From Balanoglossus misakiensis (lineage: Eukaryota > Animalia > Hemichordata): DNA of 64,000 nucleotides. Where the stretch lies: positions 10,022,390-10,086,389 of the forward strand of contig CM082580.2 of assembly GCA_040954595.2 (NCBI GenBank), in the 5' to 3' direction. The translations under genes were made by a program, and so were the position numbers. Position 1 is the stretch's first letter. The number at the start of each line of letters is the position of its first letter. The notes under the pieces were generated by a model. That model had not been told where the DNA came from. It searched no databases and saw nothing but the letters and a program-made list of their open reading frames with translations. Below, piece after piece: positions 1 through 13,703 of the stretch.

Positions 1-3000
1 GCGCCAGCTTTGATCGGGGACGCACGGACATCATCAATGTGGAGTCCAGTTCCATGTTGAGTCCGCTGTCCCGATTGGTCGTCGGCCATGACAATTCCGG
101 ACCGGGGAGTGGTTGGCATCTTGAAAAGGTCAGTACAAATTTTAAGTAAATTTGTCGTAATTTTGAGTGAAAATTATGAGGAATTTACTGTGAAAATTGA
201 CAAAAAACGAGAATACCAATGAGAGGATTTTGATTCGATCACCCTGTAAAGGTCTATCAAAAAGTAATTCTGCCACTAAATTGCTAAACAACTTTTGTTT
301 TTCCTTCCCCAGATTGAAGTGTACTGCGCAGCCACTGGCATCACTCAGGTATTTCTGTGTAATAAATGGCTGGCTGACGATGAAGGTGATGGATGCATCG
401 AAAGAACACTGAAAGAAAATGAGTCCATGAGAGTGGTCAAAAAGTCAAGTATGTATAGATGTGTTATTGAATCGTGGTCAAAATTATTACTTTCTGCTGT
501 TTTCAAAGGGACAAATTTGAATTTTACAAATAATAAATAATTTGAAATGTTGTTGTAGTGTTACAAAGTGAATTGTAAACAGTATCAGTCGTGGTAGTTG
601 AGTATAAGTCAGTATAAAATTAAGTTTTTTCAACCACCTTCTTACAGAGAATATCTGGTACGTGTCTGTGTTTACTGGTGACAAGACGGCCGCGGGCACT
701 GATGCCAAAGTCTCCGTTTGTCTGTACGGCTCCAAGGGCAAATCGGACGACATCGTTCTCAACAATGCCAGTGATAACTTTGAGAACAACAAGCAGGATG
801 ACTTCAAAGTGGAAATTGCGGACGTGGGCAAACCGTACAAACTCCGCGTTGGACACGACGGTAGTGGAGTGCTGTCTGGATGGTACCTCAGGAAGGTATG
901 TGGTCTCAACTTTCTTGTCATGTTCTGATTTGGTCGTTTACCGTCAAAAGACAGGTGTTCGATGCCAAGTGCTGGTGTGCAAACATTTCAAGTCTTCGCG
1001 TTTATCAGGTGATATGTCGTGTACGATGGTGAGGTGGTAGGCTTACGATAAAGATGATGCAAGGTCATAAATTATAAAGGACATGCAAACCACTGATTGC
1101 AGAAGGATATAATGATTGTCAAAAACAGCAACTTTGCCCCCCCCCCCCCCCCCCCCCCCCCCCGAACACTAGTATGTACTTTTCACATATCCCATGATAG
1201 CCCCTTCAGTGAAAAATCAGAAGGTTACCAATACACCAACAGTCAACAAGAAACTTTCTCATGTTGACTGGATATTTATTTGTGCTTTATTCTGCCCGTC
1301 AGGTTTTGATGGAAAACATGTCAACCAAAAAGAAGTACGAATTCCACTGTAATAGGTGGCTGGCAAGAGGTGAAGACGATGGCAGCATCATCCGAGAACT
1401 TCCAGCTGAGGGAGAAACCATTAAAAAACCACAACCAGGTATGTATTGTTTTGTCGAAATTCCTTGGAATATTAACATGGGTGATCGATTTTTAATAAAT
1501 TTTCACAGCAGAATGTCATGATGGTTTCAATAATTTTACTTATTTTCTTGTTTTTTAACAGTCACAAAGTATCTTGTCAGAGTTTTCACTGGTGACAAAT
1601 TCAACGCTGGAACTGATGCCAACGTCTTCTGCATGATCTTTGGCGACCAGGGAGATACCGGAGAGCGTCCTCTGAGGCACTCCGAGACGAGCAAAGTCAA
1701 CAAATTTGAGAGGAATTCAGTGAGTGTTCTTTCATTTTCATCGCTGCCTTGCTGAGCCTCAAAGGTCACACAGTCTGCTTGTAAGATTGCATAATAAAAT
1801 TCTACTCCTAGTGACCACATGTCAGATACAAAATACATATCTAGTTTTATTCAACCATCAAAAGTGTGCACACCAACCTATCCGCCCTGGCGTACAGCAT
1901 AAGGATGACTTTTTAAGCAGCCTTCTTCATGGTTGTTTTGATTTCATTGTTTTTCCCAGTCGCCTATAATAGCTCATTCAATTTAAAATGCCACGTCATC
2001 CATATACTTTCCCATTGGAATTATGGTGCAAAACTTGGTTTTCTCAGATTCAGTAAATGTAACTTTCACTGCTTGACTTAATTAATTAACTCTTTTTATC
2101 TCACCGTCTTTTTCTCTCTCTCTCTGTGTTTGTCAATTTGTGTGCGTCCACGCTTGCTGCTTTGTTTCACTCAATGTTTTGATGCTGTTTTTTTATTCAC
2201 TCACCATGCTTCCACTTGCCATATTAATACAGAATGAGTTTGAAAGGAACAGCGTAAGTACTTGGTGTCAAACTTGTAAATTGCATCCTTCTTTATAATG
2301 AGTATAAAGGTTAAGGTCAAAAAGGGTGACTTCGTTCCTTTGAATCCACATAAAATGGGAGTAAGGGGTTTGTAACTATACATATATCACATGGTCATTT
2401 TTGCATCAGGCAACAATCATGCAAATTCAGCATGGGAGTTGACCACACTAAACAGCAAGGAACTAACCCCTCTATAATTTTTCAATAGAAGTGTGGGATT
2501 ACTGTTAGTAACATTCTTCACAGAAACATCAAAATTGTGCATGATTATTGTATAATGTGTTTTATGTGTATAGTTGTGTATATATTGGGGTGTCAAGATT
2601 CTCAGTATTGGTCATTAAATTTCCTGTAACTAAATACCTACATGTATCTGTGTAATGTCAAACCTTGATGCAAATGGATCTAACAGTGACATTCATCACA
2701 TAAAAAAACATGAATACTCTGTACCACTCTCCATGATTTTTCAAATTTGAAGAAAGTTTCTTACAGTTTGTCCCTAGTTTTTGACTTCATAATACCTCAT
2801 ATATGAATTTATTTATTTTTGTCTATATAATGGAAGTTGTTGCTAATTTTTAACATGGTTGTTGTTCTGTAGATGGATGCATTTGAGATCGAAGCCGTGA
2901 CCGTGAAGAAAATACGTAGAATCAAGATAGGCCACGATGGAAGTCTGGTTGGATCTGGGTGGTATCTGGAAAAAGTGGAGGTTGAAGAAATGAACAATCC

Positions 3001-6000
3001 AGCCTCAAAAGTAGTGTTTCCATGTAACAGATGGTTGGATAGGGATGAAGATGACGGCTTGATTGTCAGGGAACTGGTACCTGAAGGTGTATCTCAGCTT
3101 TTATCAAGTAAGTTTAAATCTAATTCTTTGTTTTGTGATCTTGAAACCTGCAACGCCTTTCAGAAAAGACTGAATTAAATTTGGTTAAATTAGAATTTGG
3201 AAAGCTGATATGGTAACCCATTTTCACTGTTGTGATTGTCCCCCCCCCCCCACCCCTTAAACAGCGACATCATATCATGTGACTGTGAAGACGGGAGAGG
3301 AGAAAGGTGCAGGAACAGATGCCAACGTCTACATCAAGATGTTTGGTGAGGATGGAGATTCCGGCCAGATTCCTTTGAAACAGTCGGATAATACCAAGAA
3401 TAAATTTGAGAAGGGCAGGAAGGACAAGTTTACTCTTGAAGCCAGCGATATCGGCAAGGTGAGCTCGTGATTTGGAATTTAAGTTCCCCAAAAAATTATA
3501 CGACTAGTACACAGAATTCACAGGATTTTTGAAATCTTGTATGCTCACACAATACACACATGTGTGCATATACGGTACATACGTACATGCATTCACTTCA
3601 CCAACTTGTCATGAAAAATCAAATTTCTCCTGTAACCATGGCACTTTCAGCTGGAGTACATCAAGATTGGCCATGACGGCACAAAGCCGGGAGCTGGCTG
3701 GTTCTTGGACAGTGTGGAGGTCGACGTACCCTCTCGAGGTGAAAATTACATGTTTGCGTGCCACAGATGGTTAGCCGAGGATGAAGGTGACGGCGAAATT
3801 GAAGTGGAGCTCCAACCGACAGACTTCAAAGAGTCGACACCAAGTGAGTGTGTGGGTAGTGTACGAGTGAAGCTGGTTGCTTTTACCCTTTCACCCCTAG
3901 TTATCTCTTTAGAGATCCAACCCTTACCATAGAAAACAGTGGGTTTGGACTGAACCATGGTGGTGGAATGGTTATAAGGTTGCAAGTGAAACTTCCAGCT
4001 TTCAAGTTTGTTTACAGTCAAAGTCTGTACGATCTATTGACACAAATGTGAACTGTTGACGCAAACATGTTTTGACAACGATATCCCCCCAAATTATGAA
4101 AAATGACATTACTTAATATGGACAACTGGATAGTAATCTATACCAAAATCTCTCAAATGTCTCAATTCCTTGTTGTGTTCACTCCACCAGGAATCCCATA
4201 TGAGATCACTGTGCAGACAGGCGACGTATCAGGTGCAGGCACAGATGCCAATGTCTTCCTCAGGATGTACGGCGTCAAGGGGAAAACAGAAGAGTTTACT
4301 CTGGACAACCGAACAGACAACTTTGAGAGAGGAATGACGGACAAATTCAAGGTATAACATAGACTGTGAAAAATTGAAGATATTAATTTCAGGCTAAGTT
4401 TAGCCACTTTAAATGAGAAATGTTACATGAAAATGAAATTCAACATATCCAATACATTTTGTCTTTGTGTTTGCGTTTCCATAGATTGAGGCTGAAGATG
4501 TGGGCCAGCTGACGAAACTGAGGGTTGGCCACGACAACAAGGGAGGAAGAGCTGGCTGGTTCCTGCACAGAGTCATCATCGAGAGGTTTCCCCCGAAGAG
4601 TAAATCCAGAAGAAAGAGGAGCCTTACAAAGAGGAGGTCGCGGGGAGACTTGGACGAAGATGAGGAGGAGTTTCCTGAAACCAATAAGGTCTTCTTTGTG
4701 TGCAATCGATGGCTCGCAAAGGATGAGGACGACAATCAGATCGTGCGGGAACTGTTGCCGACGGATGAGAGCGGACGTCCAGTCAAGGGGCGCGGACTTG
4801 GTTGTAAGTGAACAGAATGGACGGTTTATTTTATTTTAAAATTGAAAAATTTTGAAATTAAAAAGTAGAGAAACATTGAATGTGTTGATGGTTAACATGT
4901 CTGATACATGTTTAGCCAGACACATTCCTGAATTTTTAATAGGGCCTAGGCACAGTAAAATAATTCAATCTTCCCGCCTTTTTCGTTTCAGACAACGAGT
5001 ACACAGTGCACGTTTTCACCGGTGACGTGTCTGGCGCCGGCACAGACTCTAATGTCTTCATCAACGTCTTCGGAGAGAAGGGAGACATGGGAGAGAGAGA
5101 ACTCAAAGACTCGGAAACCAACACCAATAAATTTGAAAGAAATTGTGTAAGTACGGTATAAACCTTAAATGTCAGTGTTGCATTTTCTACAATTTGGAAT
5201 CATTGTTTGTAATGATTGTTTGATTTAAAATGCTGATGTCATCATTTTGTAGGAGGACGTTTTCAAGATTGAGGCTGTTGATCTGGGCGTGCTCAGAAAG
5301 GTGAAGATTCGCCATGACAACTCAATGCTGGGCTCGGCCTGGTTCCTGGACAGAATAGAAATTGAAGACAAGAGAAACAAGGAGAGGTAAAGAAAGTTGA
5401 TAATTATCATAGTTAACTTAGTTGCTCTGAATTTCGGTTTGCGGGTTCCTAGGGATGTTCTCCATCAGATTTTTTCATCTATTATTCCATGACATATACA
5501 TACATGTACATCTGTTGCTATGACGCCATTTTGGTTTGTGAGTTTGCATTGCAATTCAGTCAGTATGAGACTGAAATATCACTAATGAAGTATACTTCTG
5601 CTTTTTGGTTTTCCAGGTTCTACTTCCCATGCCAGCGTTGGTTGGCCACCAAGGAGGATGATGGACAGATATCTCGGGATCTGGTTCCCGTCAGCAAGCA
5701 AGTGATGGAAGCCAAGATGAAAGGGAATACAGGGAAGAGAAAATCTACGACAAGTCTTAGGGAAGGACTGGCATTGGAAACCAAAGGTGGGTATGAGAGA
5801 GAGAAAAAAACCTGAGGAGCGTTTTATGAAGTTGTGTCAAACGTGTTTGTCACATAAATGCTTTGATTTAAACTTGTGCTTTTGCACAAAATGTTCTGGT
5901 GATGTATGGTGTTGCACTATATGCTTATCTCGTGAATTGGATTGTTGGAGGTTGTTTCATCAGATGAGGTGACTCAATGTATATGCATATGACTGTAAAT

Positions 6001-9000
6001 GTCACCTGTATCTGCTATATATACCATGTCATTTCTCACTTTTCCCTTTCCTTTGCTAACAACATTTTTGGGGTTGTGTTTTGATTCTGACAGCCATCAT
6101 GACAACATATTACGTCAGCGTAGAGACAGCTGATGTGCGGGGAGCAGGCACGGATGCCAATGTCCATCTTGTCATCTATGGAGAGCAAGACGATACTGGT
6201 AAGTGTTAAGGATCTGTACGATCACCAAAGGTAAGATTATGGATTTCAAATCCTGTATGTAAATTGATGCCAAAATCCCATATTTCAAAATGTTACCTTT
6301 TGTCTTTCTTTCAGGATTTTTGCAGCTGAAGACATCCAAGACCAATAAGAACAAATTTGAGCGTGGCAAGGTTGATGAATTTGAAGTGGAAGCAGTTGAC
6401 ATAGGCGACATTAAGAAAATTCGGTGAGTAATTTGGGGCAGTTGTCGAACCCTCTTTAGTTTTTAAGACGTACTTTGTGATGACTGAGATTTATGAAAAT
6501 TTTTGGAAGCATTTTATAAACTTAGCTTCGACTGTCAGTTTGGTACTGTTTGAGTTCAAATATTGAAGGTATAACGTTGCTTTTTTTATGTTCAGAATCG
6601 GCCATGACAGTTCAGGGCCAGGTGCCGGCTGGATGCTCGAGAAGATTGATATTGATGCGCCGTCGTTAGGCAAGAAGTGGACGTTCCCTTGTCATAGGTG
6701 GTTCGACAAGAAAGAGGATGACGGTCAAGTAGAGAGGGAGCTGTTCCCTGTGCAGACAAGGACTGAACAGTATGAAAAACGTGGGTACTTTCATGAAAGA
6801 TATTCATTCACTTTAAGTGATCTGCTCAGAATGTTTTTCACATTTAGAGAGACACGTTTGACTGAAAACTGTGTTGATGATTTGCACTTGGGTCTAATAA
6901 TTGTCGTCGTGGCTTTTGGTTGCAGATGTTCCCTATGAAATCACTGTGTACACGAGCGACGTCTCCGGAGCCGGCACTGATGCCGATGTCTACGTTGTTC
7001 TCTTCGGCAAGGAGACTTGCAGCACTCAGAAAAGTCTGTGCATCAACAAGAAGCAGAGGAAAGAATACTTCGAGAGGGCGAGCGTGGACAAGTTCATTGT
7101 CGAGGTGAGTCCGGTAGAAGTTCTTGCAACTTGACTGTAGCGTTGAAAAAGAATCTGAAAGAGAATAGTCCTTAATGCATGGGAAAAATATGATGTTTCA
7201 AAAGACTGTAAGTTACTTTTCTTTTTTTTGGCTGTAGCTTGAAGATGTCGGTGATACCATCGAGAAGATCCGAATTGGTCACGATGATTCTGGTTTTGGT
7301 GCAGCCTGGCATCTCTTTAAAGTGGAAGTTAGAAGACTACTGGAATCAGGAAAGGTTAGAAAAAAACCCAAGTACAAAATTATGACTGAATGTTTGTCAG
7401 TCTGTGCAACAAAACAGAAACTCTGCTTTCAGTTGATCAATATACTTCTCAATGAAAGATTAAATGTTTCCTTCTCTGACAAGAAGCTTGTCCAGGAATG
7501 TAAAAGTTTCCAACATGTGAAGGTATAATCTCTCTCGTCTTTTCACCAGGGATCCAAAACCTTCACGTTCCCCTGCGGACGTTGGTTGGCACGCAAGGAG
7601 GATGATGGTGCTATCGTCAGAGAACTTGTGCCTACGCATATCGTCGAGGAAGTGACCCGAAGAGATGGCAGTGTGAAAAAGAAAGAAGTGAAACAAGAAA
7701 CTCTAGAAAGTGAGTGTGAATTCAACCGATACAGGCCTATGTTGTAAAACTGATGCACTACTCTGACGTCAGATATGGTGGCCATGTTGGATACAATAAC
7801 CCCAAACAATGAAATTATCAGCCAACTTGAATGTTGAAGTGCATCAGTTTTTCATCATCAGAAGCCTTTGAATTTTTGCCTTCATTTTATCTTGTGTCAG
7901 AATTTGAATTCCATAAATTTTTAAAAGATGTGTTAACTTTAGTGTGTGTTTGAGTGAGTGTGAAATCATTTTGAAAGTTTTGATCCATTTGGCATGACTT
8001 TGCCTGATAGATTTTCCCAATTCAAATCCTACCCCTACACAATTCTGATCTGGCTTCTCACATCACACTATGCATGCTGTATTTTATCACCTAGAGAAAA
8101 AAAGTTTCTATAACTCTTCATTTCTGTTACTAATTGAAAAATTGACATATTTCTTTCTTTCCTACTCTATATTTTTTATATCTCCAGGAGTTTCCTCTAA
8201 ATTGCTCTTCTAGTCATCACCCTCCATTTCCTAGTTTATAGTATCGTCAAAATGTAGATTTTAAATATGGCGCGGGGTAAAATTCCTTGAAAAGTTGTAC
8301 ATGTATTACGTCATGGACTCTTCACCGTGGTAATGAACATTGGCGTGTTGGTTGGTTGGTTGGATAATCAGTGTAGTAATTGGTTTGCAATGTCGAATTT
8401 CTTCCCACAATGCACTTTTTGGAACTTCCTGTTGTTGTCCTAATAGTGGATGCCGTGAGAGTTACCTTGGCTGTTCATTTTCCCCAGAAGTCATATTCTT
8501 TAAACAGCAATCTATTCATTTCTCAGAAGTATTAATGAAATGAAATGTTTGCTACTGCTTGATCTAAACGAGCATTTTGAATTAAAAATACAGGACAAGA
8601 AGAGCAAAATTTCTTTTATCAGAAAATGCAACAGACTACAGAGTATTCACCTTTTTGCGCATGTAGTGATTGCTGTGATTTTGCCACCCCTTAATTGTTA
8701 TCCACAATGGTATAACCCATGTGTGACCACAATGCTCGACATTTACGCAGTGCGGAGAATAAGGGTGGGACTTAGTGCTGTGTGATATTATGGTTTGACT
8801 CACTTGGACCTACCCATAAAGTATGACACTGAAAATAATCTGGGTTTTCTAAATGGCAGCTGGCATTCTCTGTCCTCAGAACGTTTTCTAGATTTAAACT
8901 GCATTTCTAAATCATTGAATTCTTTTTGTTGTTGTTGCAGAGCGTAACTACAAAGTTCATGTCTACACTGGTGACATAAGGGGGGCAGGCACTGATGCAA

Positions 9001-12000
9001 ACGTCTTCGTCAATATCTACGGCGAGCTGGGCGACACAGGAGAAAGAAAATTGGTCAAGTCAGAAACCTACTCTGATAAATTTGAAAGGGCACATGTAAG
9101 TAAAAAGTATTGCAGTGACATAGTTTACAGTAAAAAAGGAATTTGTACAGTGCAGTGTCGTGTCGTCAAAGTACGTCAACCTTAAAAAAGGAAATTATTT
9201 CTGTTCGTAGTGCGACAAGTTCACTGTGGAAGCGGTTGACCTTGGCAAGCTGTTCAAACTCATGATCCGTCACGACAACTCGATGTTGAGCCCAGCCTGG
9301 TTCTTGGAGAAAGTGGAAGTGGTCGATGAGGCGTACAATGAAACGTTCACCTTTTACTGTGAGAGGTGGCTGGCCAAGAACAAGGAAGACGGCAAGATAC
9401 AAAGAAACTTGTACGTCAAGGTGAGACTGTCCCTCATATTGTACCATCACTGTGGTATGGTCTAACTCTATTGAAGATAAGCCCAACAGGGAGAGACACA
9501 GTCAGTAATTGTTTTTTCTGTGTTTTCAGGGTTACCAAGGCGACACATCAAGTATAAGTACACTGCAGCGTACTGGTTCTTCCAAGTCTCTGAAATCTGT
9601 TGGCAGTAGTGTCTTTGGTCCGGATAGTCCGTCGGCAAAGAGGAGAATGTCCGGAATTCAGGAGCCGGAGTACACCGGACCAAGTAAGTGAAAACAGGAA
9701 TAGTTCATGTAATCTACATCACCTCAAGACATTGTTCCAGTACATAACATTTGTATACTTTCTAGAAATAATTGGTTTATCTGTTCTTTTTTCTAAACTT
9801 ATTCAGCCATTCCGTATACTGTGAAGATTACCACTGGCAAGGAGAGTGACATGGGAACAGAAGCTAACGTCTACATCGAAATATGCGGCAGCAAGAAACC
9901 CAAGAAAACTGGCAAAATCCCTCTCTTCCTGGTCGGCAAGGACAGGTTCGAACCCAAGTCAACGGAAACGTTCTCTCTGGAGGCACCAGACATGGGTGAA
10001 ATCAAGCATGTTGAGGTATGATTTAAAAAATGGATATGACATTTATTTAGATTGCAGGCAGCAAAATGCAGAGTACATTCATTATTGTAGGCCAGTTACA
10101 CATCCACCATCATTGGAATACATTTTCACCTTCTGATTTCTTTTCCAGATCGGTCATGACGGAGTGACCCCCAAGGATGGCTGGTTTGTGGAGGACATTG
10201 AGGTTGACATGCCAACCATCGGTAAACACTATCACTTCGTGTGCAAGCGCTGGTTGTCCAAGGACAAAGACGATGGACAGATCACCCGTATACTCAAGGC
10301 AGCTGATGCTGATAGTGTGCAATACAAACCCAGTACGTACGCTATATATATATTTTGCCCAAACCTGTCTAAACTCAACACCTGTCTATTCCGCACACCT
10401 TTCACAGTCCCTTGTACATAGAACAGCATGTTGTAAGAGAACCGTCATAAAGCAAACACTTCTACAGACTGAACAATCTTCTTTAGTGTCTGGCTTCGAC
10501 AGGTTCAACTTTGTTTTAAATTCATGGATTCTATAATATCTTCCACAATCATTATAGAATTAGGGTAAATTTATAATATTCAGTCAGTGAGGTCTGAAGA
10601 TTTGTGATAAGCCGTGGATTTGTATCCAACCTGTATATTGAAAGAGAATGACTTTGTTCTTGTAGAAATTCCCTATGAAGTGGAGTTCTACACCGGCGAT
10701 GTGAAGAATTCTGGTACAGACTCGAAAGTCACAATGAAAGTGTTTGGTGCCAACGGCTCAACTCCCACTATGACCATCGACAAGAACGGAGAACGATTCG
10801 AGAGAGCCAAGATTGATCTGATGAAGGTGAGAGGTCGTATTTATAATGATGGAGTTTTCACATCACTTTTTTGAGGTCCAGCAACTGTGCCATGGCTCGT
10901 TCAACAATGACCTTTGTTTTGTTTTGTGTTTATTTATTTACAGATGGAAATTGATGATATTGGAGAGTTGAAGAAGGTCAGAATAGCAATAGACGGCAAA
11001 GGGAGTCGTCCGGAATGGTATCTGGAAAAGGTAATTCCACAGTCACATCCATGCGCTTCAAGAGTCAATTTTAAAATGGAACTCCCCTATAAAAGGGGTC
11101 AGGATTATGACAGTGTTCATTGTGCAAGTGGACATTGCAGAGCACACAGAACTGCAAAGTGATCAAACAATATTTCTTTTCTTTTGCTTAGATCTTTATG
11201 AGGAATATGGAGACGGGTGACATGACGGCGTTCAAGTGTGATCAGTGGTTTTCGAAAACTCAGGGAGACAAACAGCTGCTCAGAGATATCCCCGCCATGG
11301 TCAGGGGAGAGACTGCAATCAAAAGTGAGTCTTCATATCTGCCCTTTTCTTGAATGTCGGTCCTAGTAGAATAACAATGTGTTTTATTATGAGTATGTGT
11401 TTCTCTTGTATGAGTAGATGTTAAGAATCCTTGCAGTGATAAGTGTTGGTGGACAAAACTGAACATTCCATGACTATCTGTCTTTTACATAGATACTTCC
11501 TACACGGTCAATGTCAAGACCAGCAACGTCCGCGGTTCAGGAACTGACGCCAACGTCTTCCTGATGATTTTCGGTGAAAACGGCGACTCGGGACAACTCG
11601 AACTGAAGGAGTCGAAAACTCACAAGAACAAGTTTGAGAATAACCAGACGGACGTCTTCGGCTTTTCAATGCTGAGTCTCGGAGCCCTCACGAAATGCAG
11701 AGTCTGGCACGACAACAAAGGTAACCACGACAACTGACCTTTACAAAATTGTGGCATATGACCTCCAGGATTGTTTAATTTTCACTACAGTCCACATCTT
11801 TGTACAGTTAATTTTCTTTCAAAGGTAAAATTGGTTGAATTTTCACCCAATTCTTTCGATGCTATGAAAATGTGTCAGCTGATAGAAATATCTGTTTGCT
11901 GTTTTGCAGGATGGGGTGCGGCCTGGCATCTGGAATACATTGAGGTCATCGACGAGACAACGAAGGTCAACTACATGTTCCGCTGCGATCGCTGGCTGTC

Positions 12001-13703
12001 GAAGAGCGAAGACGACAAACAGATTGTGCGTGAGTTGACATGCAGTGGTCCTGCTACGCCGGGAAGAGAAGATGAGAGAGTCAGTAAGTGTGTTTAAGAC
12101 TACTCAGCTTTTCAGACATTTTGCTATTTCCGATTGACATCAGGTTGTATTTAAGTGCTTTGACCATACAGTATTTGGCAGTTGCCATTTATGATCATGT
12201 GATGTCATGAGATGTCACATCACCTCCAATCAAATCAAATCAAAAGTTATTCAAATAGACCAAATTGTCTGATTCACTTGAAGTCACTGAAGGTTCTATG
12301 CAATCTTTCCATCACAGCCTACCACATCACGGTGTTAACTGGAGACAAGAGGGATGCAGGAACGCAGCACAATGCTTGGCTGATGTTGGAAGGAGACAAA
12401 CGGACATCCAAAGAATTCGTCATGGAAAACACGACAAGGAACAAGATCCTCAGAAAGTAAGGACCTCACATCTACACATTTTCTAATACATGCATAAAGC
12501 AATACTAAACACTGTACTAGCTGTGATGCCGTATTTATGCACTAAGTCGTTATTTTGTTTTGCAGGGGTGATACAGATGAATTCAAATTCTCTACCAGAA
12601 ATGTTGGTAATATCGAGACAATCCTACTGGGTCACCGTGAGAGGGATGATCTACGCGCCAAGGGTAGTGGTCGCGATGTTGAATGGTATTGCTATGATGT
12701 CACTGTGCAGAATTCAGCCACCGGTGACAAGTAAGTCCCCTCTGATTGGTTCTGTATCTGTATCTGTATAATACTGCAGAGTAACTCAGAAATTGAGCAG
12801 TAATCCTGCAGGTGCGCAAGGTGAATTTAGTTGTGTGTCTGAAATGTCTGATTTTGCTGATCAACATGCGGTATGTTACAGCCACTGCTGCTTGTCCCAG
12901 TACACTTGGCTTAAATGCAATTGTTCTGTAGCTATAGTTAAATACATTATTTTGAAAACACTGGCATAATATCCTGAGAGTTGAAAAGTGAAGTTCTCAC
13001 AATGTTTTTTTTTCCCCTCAGGTATATATTTCCATGCAAAAGTTGGATTCCAATGGGTGAAGGAAGGCGAGGTGCCAAGAGACTGGAATGTACCAAGAGA
13101 GAGCAGGGTAGAACAGAAGCCATCAGACGTGAGTCTATCTTCTGTTGGAAACCCTTTAATATCACCCCTAGTTTTCTGTGCAACGATCCAACCCTGCCAT
13201 TCATAAGAATGGGGTCAAGTCAGTTTGGCCACTTTGTGTATCTTAGAGATATGAAATGGTTTATCTGCATTGAGAAAGAAACAAACACAGTTTTTATAAC
13301 CCTCCCTTCTTGACTCCTTTCAGAACTCGCTCCTGTCAAGTACGAAATCATCGTGGTGACGGCCGACGAGAAAGGGGCCGGCACCGACGCCAACGTGACC
13401 ATCACCATCTACGGAGAGAACGGCGACACCGGGAAGAGGCCGCTGACGCAGCGTTTCCGCGACCTCTTCGAGCGCAACCAGACGGACAAGTTCCAGATCG
13501 AAGTCCTGGATCTGGGAGAGCTGAAGAAAGTGCGGATCGAGCACGACAACGCCGGCTTCAACGCCGGATGGCTGCTGGATAAGGTGGAGATTATCAACTT
13601 GTCGACGGGACAGAGGACCTTGTTCCCGGCCATGAAGTGGCTGGACAAGAAGAAAGGCGACGGAGAACTCTTCAAGGAATTATACCCGAGCAAATCTATC
13701 TAA
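1..13703 (+). CDS. LOXHD1: Lipoxygenase homology domain-containing protein 1-like (tandem PLAT/LH2 domains); 5' end lies outside the window
   Basis: About 33 GT-AG exons join in frame: <1-128, 313-448, 648-895, 1303-1438, 1562-1719, 2873-3107, 3264-3458, 3651-3843, 4191-4351, 4485-4803, 4992-5146, 5253-5386, 5617-5786, 6094-6198, 6315-6423, 6596-6780, 6926-7104, 7238-7354, 7550-7709, 8941-9095, 9211-9420, 9530-9683, 9807-10015, 10149-10332, 10666-10826, 10944-11030, 11192-11324, 11493-11720, 11910-12083, 12318-12456, 12566-12730, 13022-13128, 13324-13703 (TAA). They encode one partial plus about 13 complete PLAT repeats ([19 protein letters not shown]...G..GDTG...FER...D.F......G....IGHD..G...W.L..V...F.C.RWL...EDDG...REL). 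One repeat has a basic/acidic insertion (exon 4485-4803), as vertebrate LOXHD1 does. Confidence 0.92.
1137..1163 (+). repeat. Poly-C homopolymer in a LOXHD1 intron
   Basis: Uninterrupted run of C visible in the sequence. Confidence 0.9.
2233..2253 (+). other. Candidate 21-nt alternative micro-exon of LOXHD1 (NEFERNS)
   Basis: tacag|AATGAGTTTGAAAGGAACAGC|gtaagt. It is preceded by an AG-free pyrimidine-rich stretch (about 2054-2230). The peptide mimics the end of the preceding exon (NKFERNS). Confidence 0.6.

Noticed and set aside
3635-3648. X-box-like GTAACCATGGCACT in LOXHD1
   Set aside because: Second half-site is mismatched and it overlaps a 3' splice region, not a promoter.
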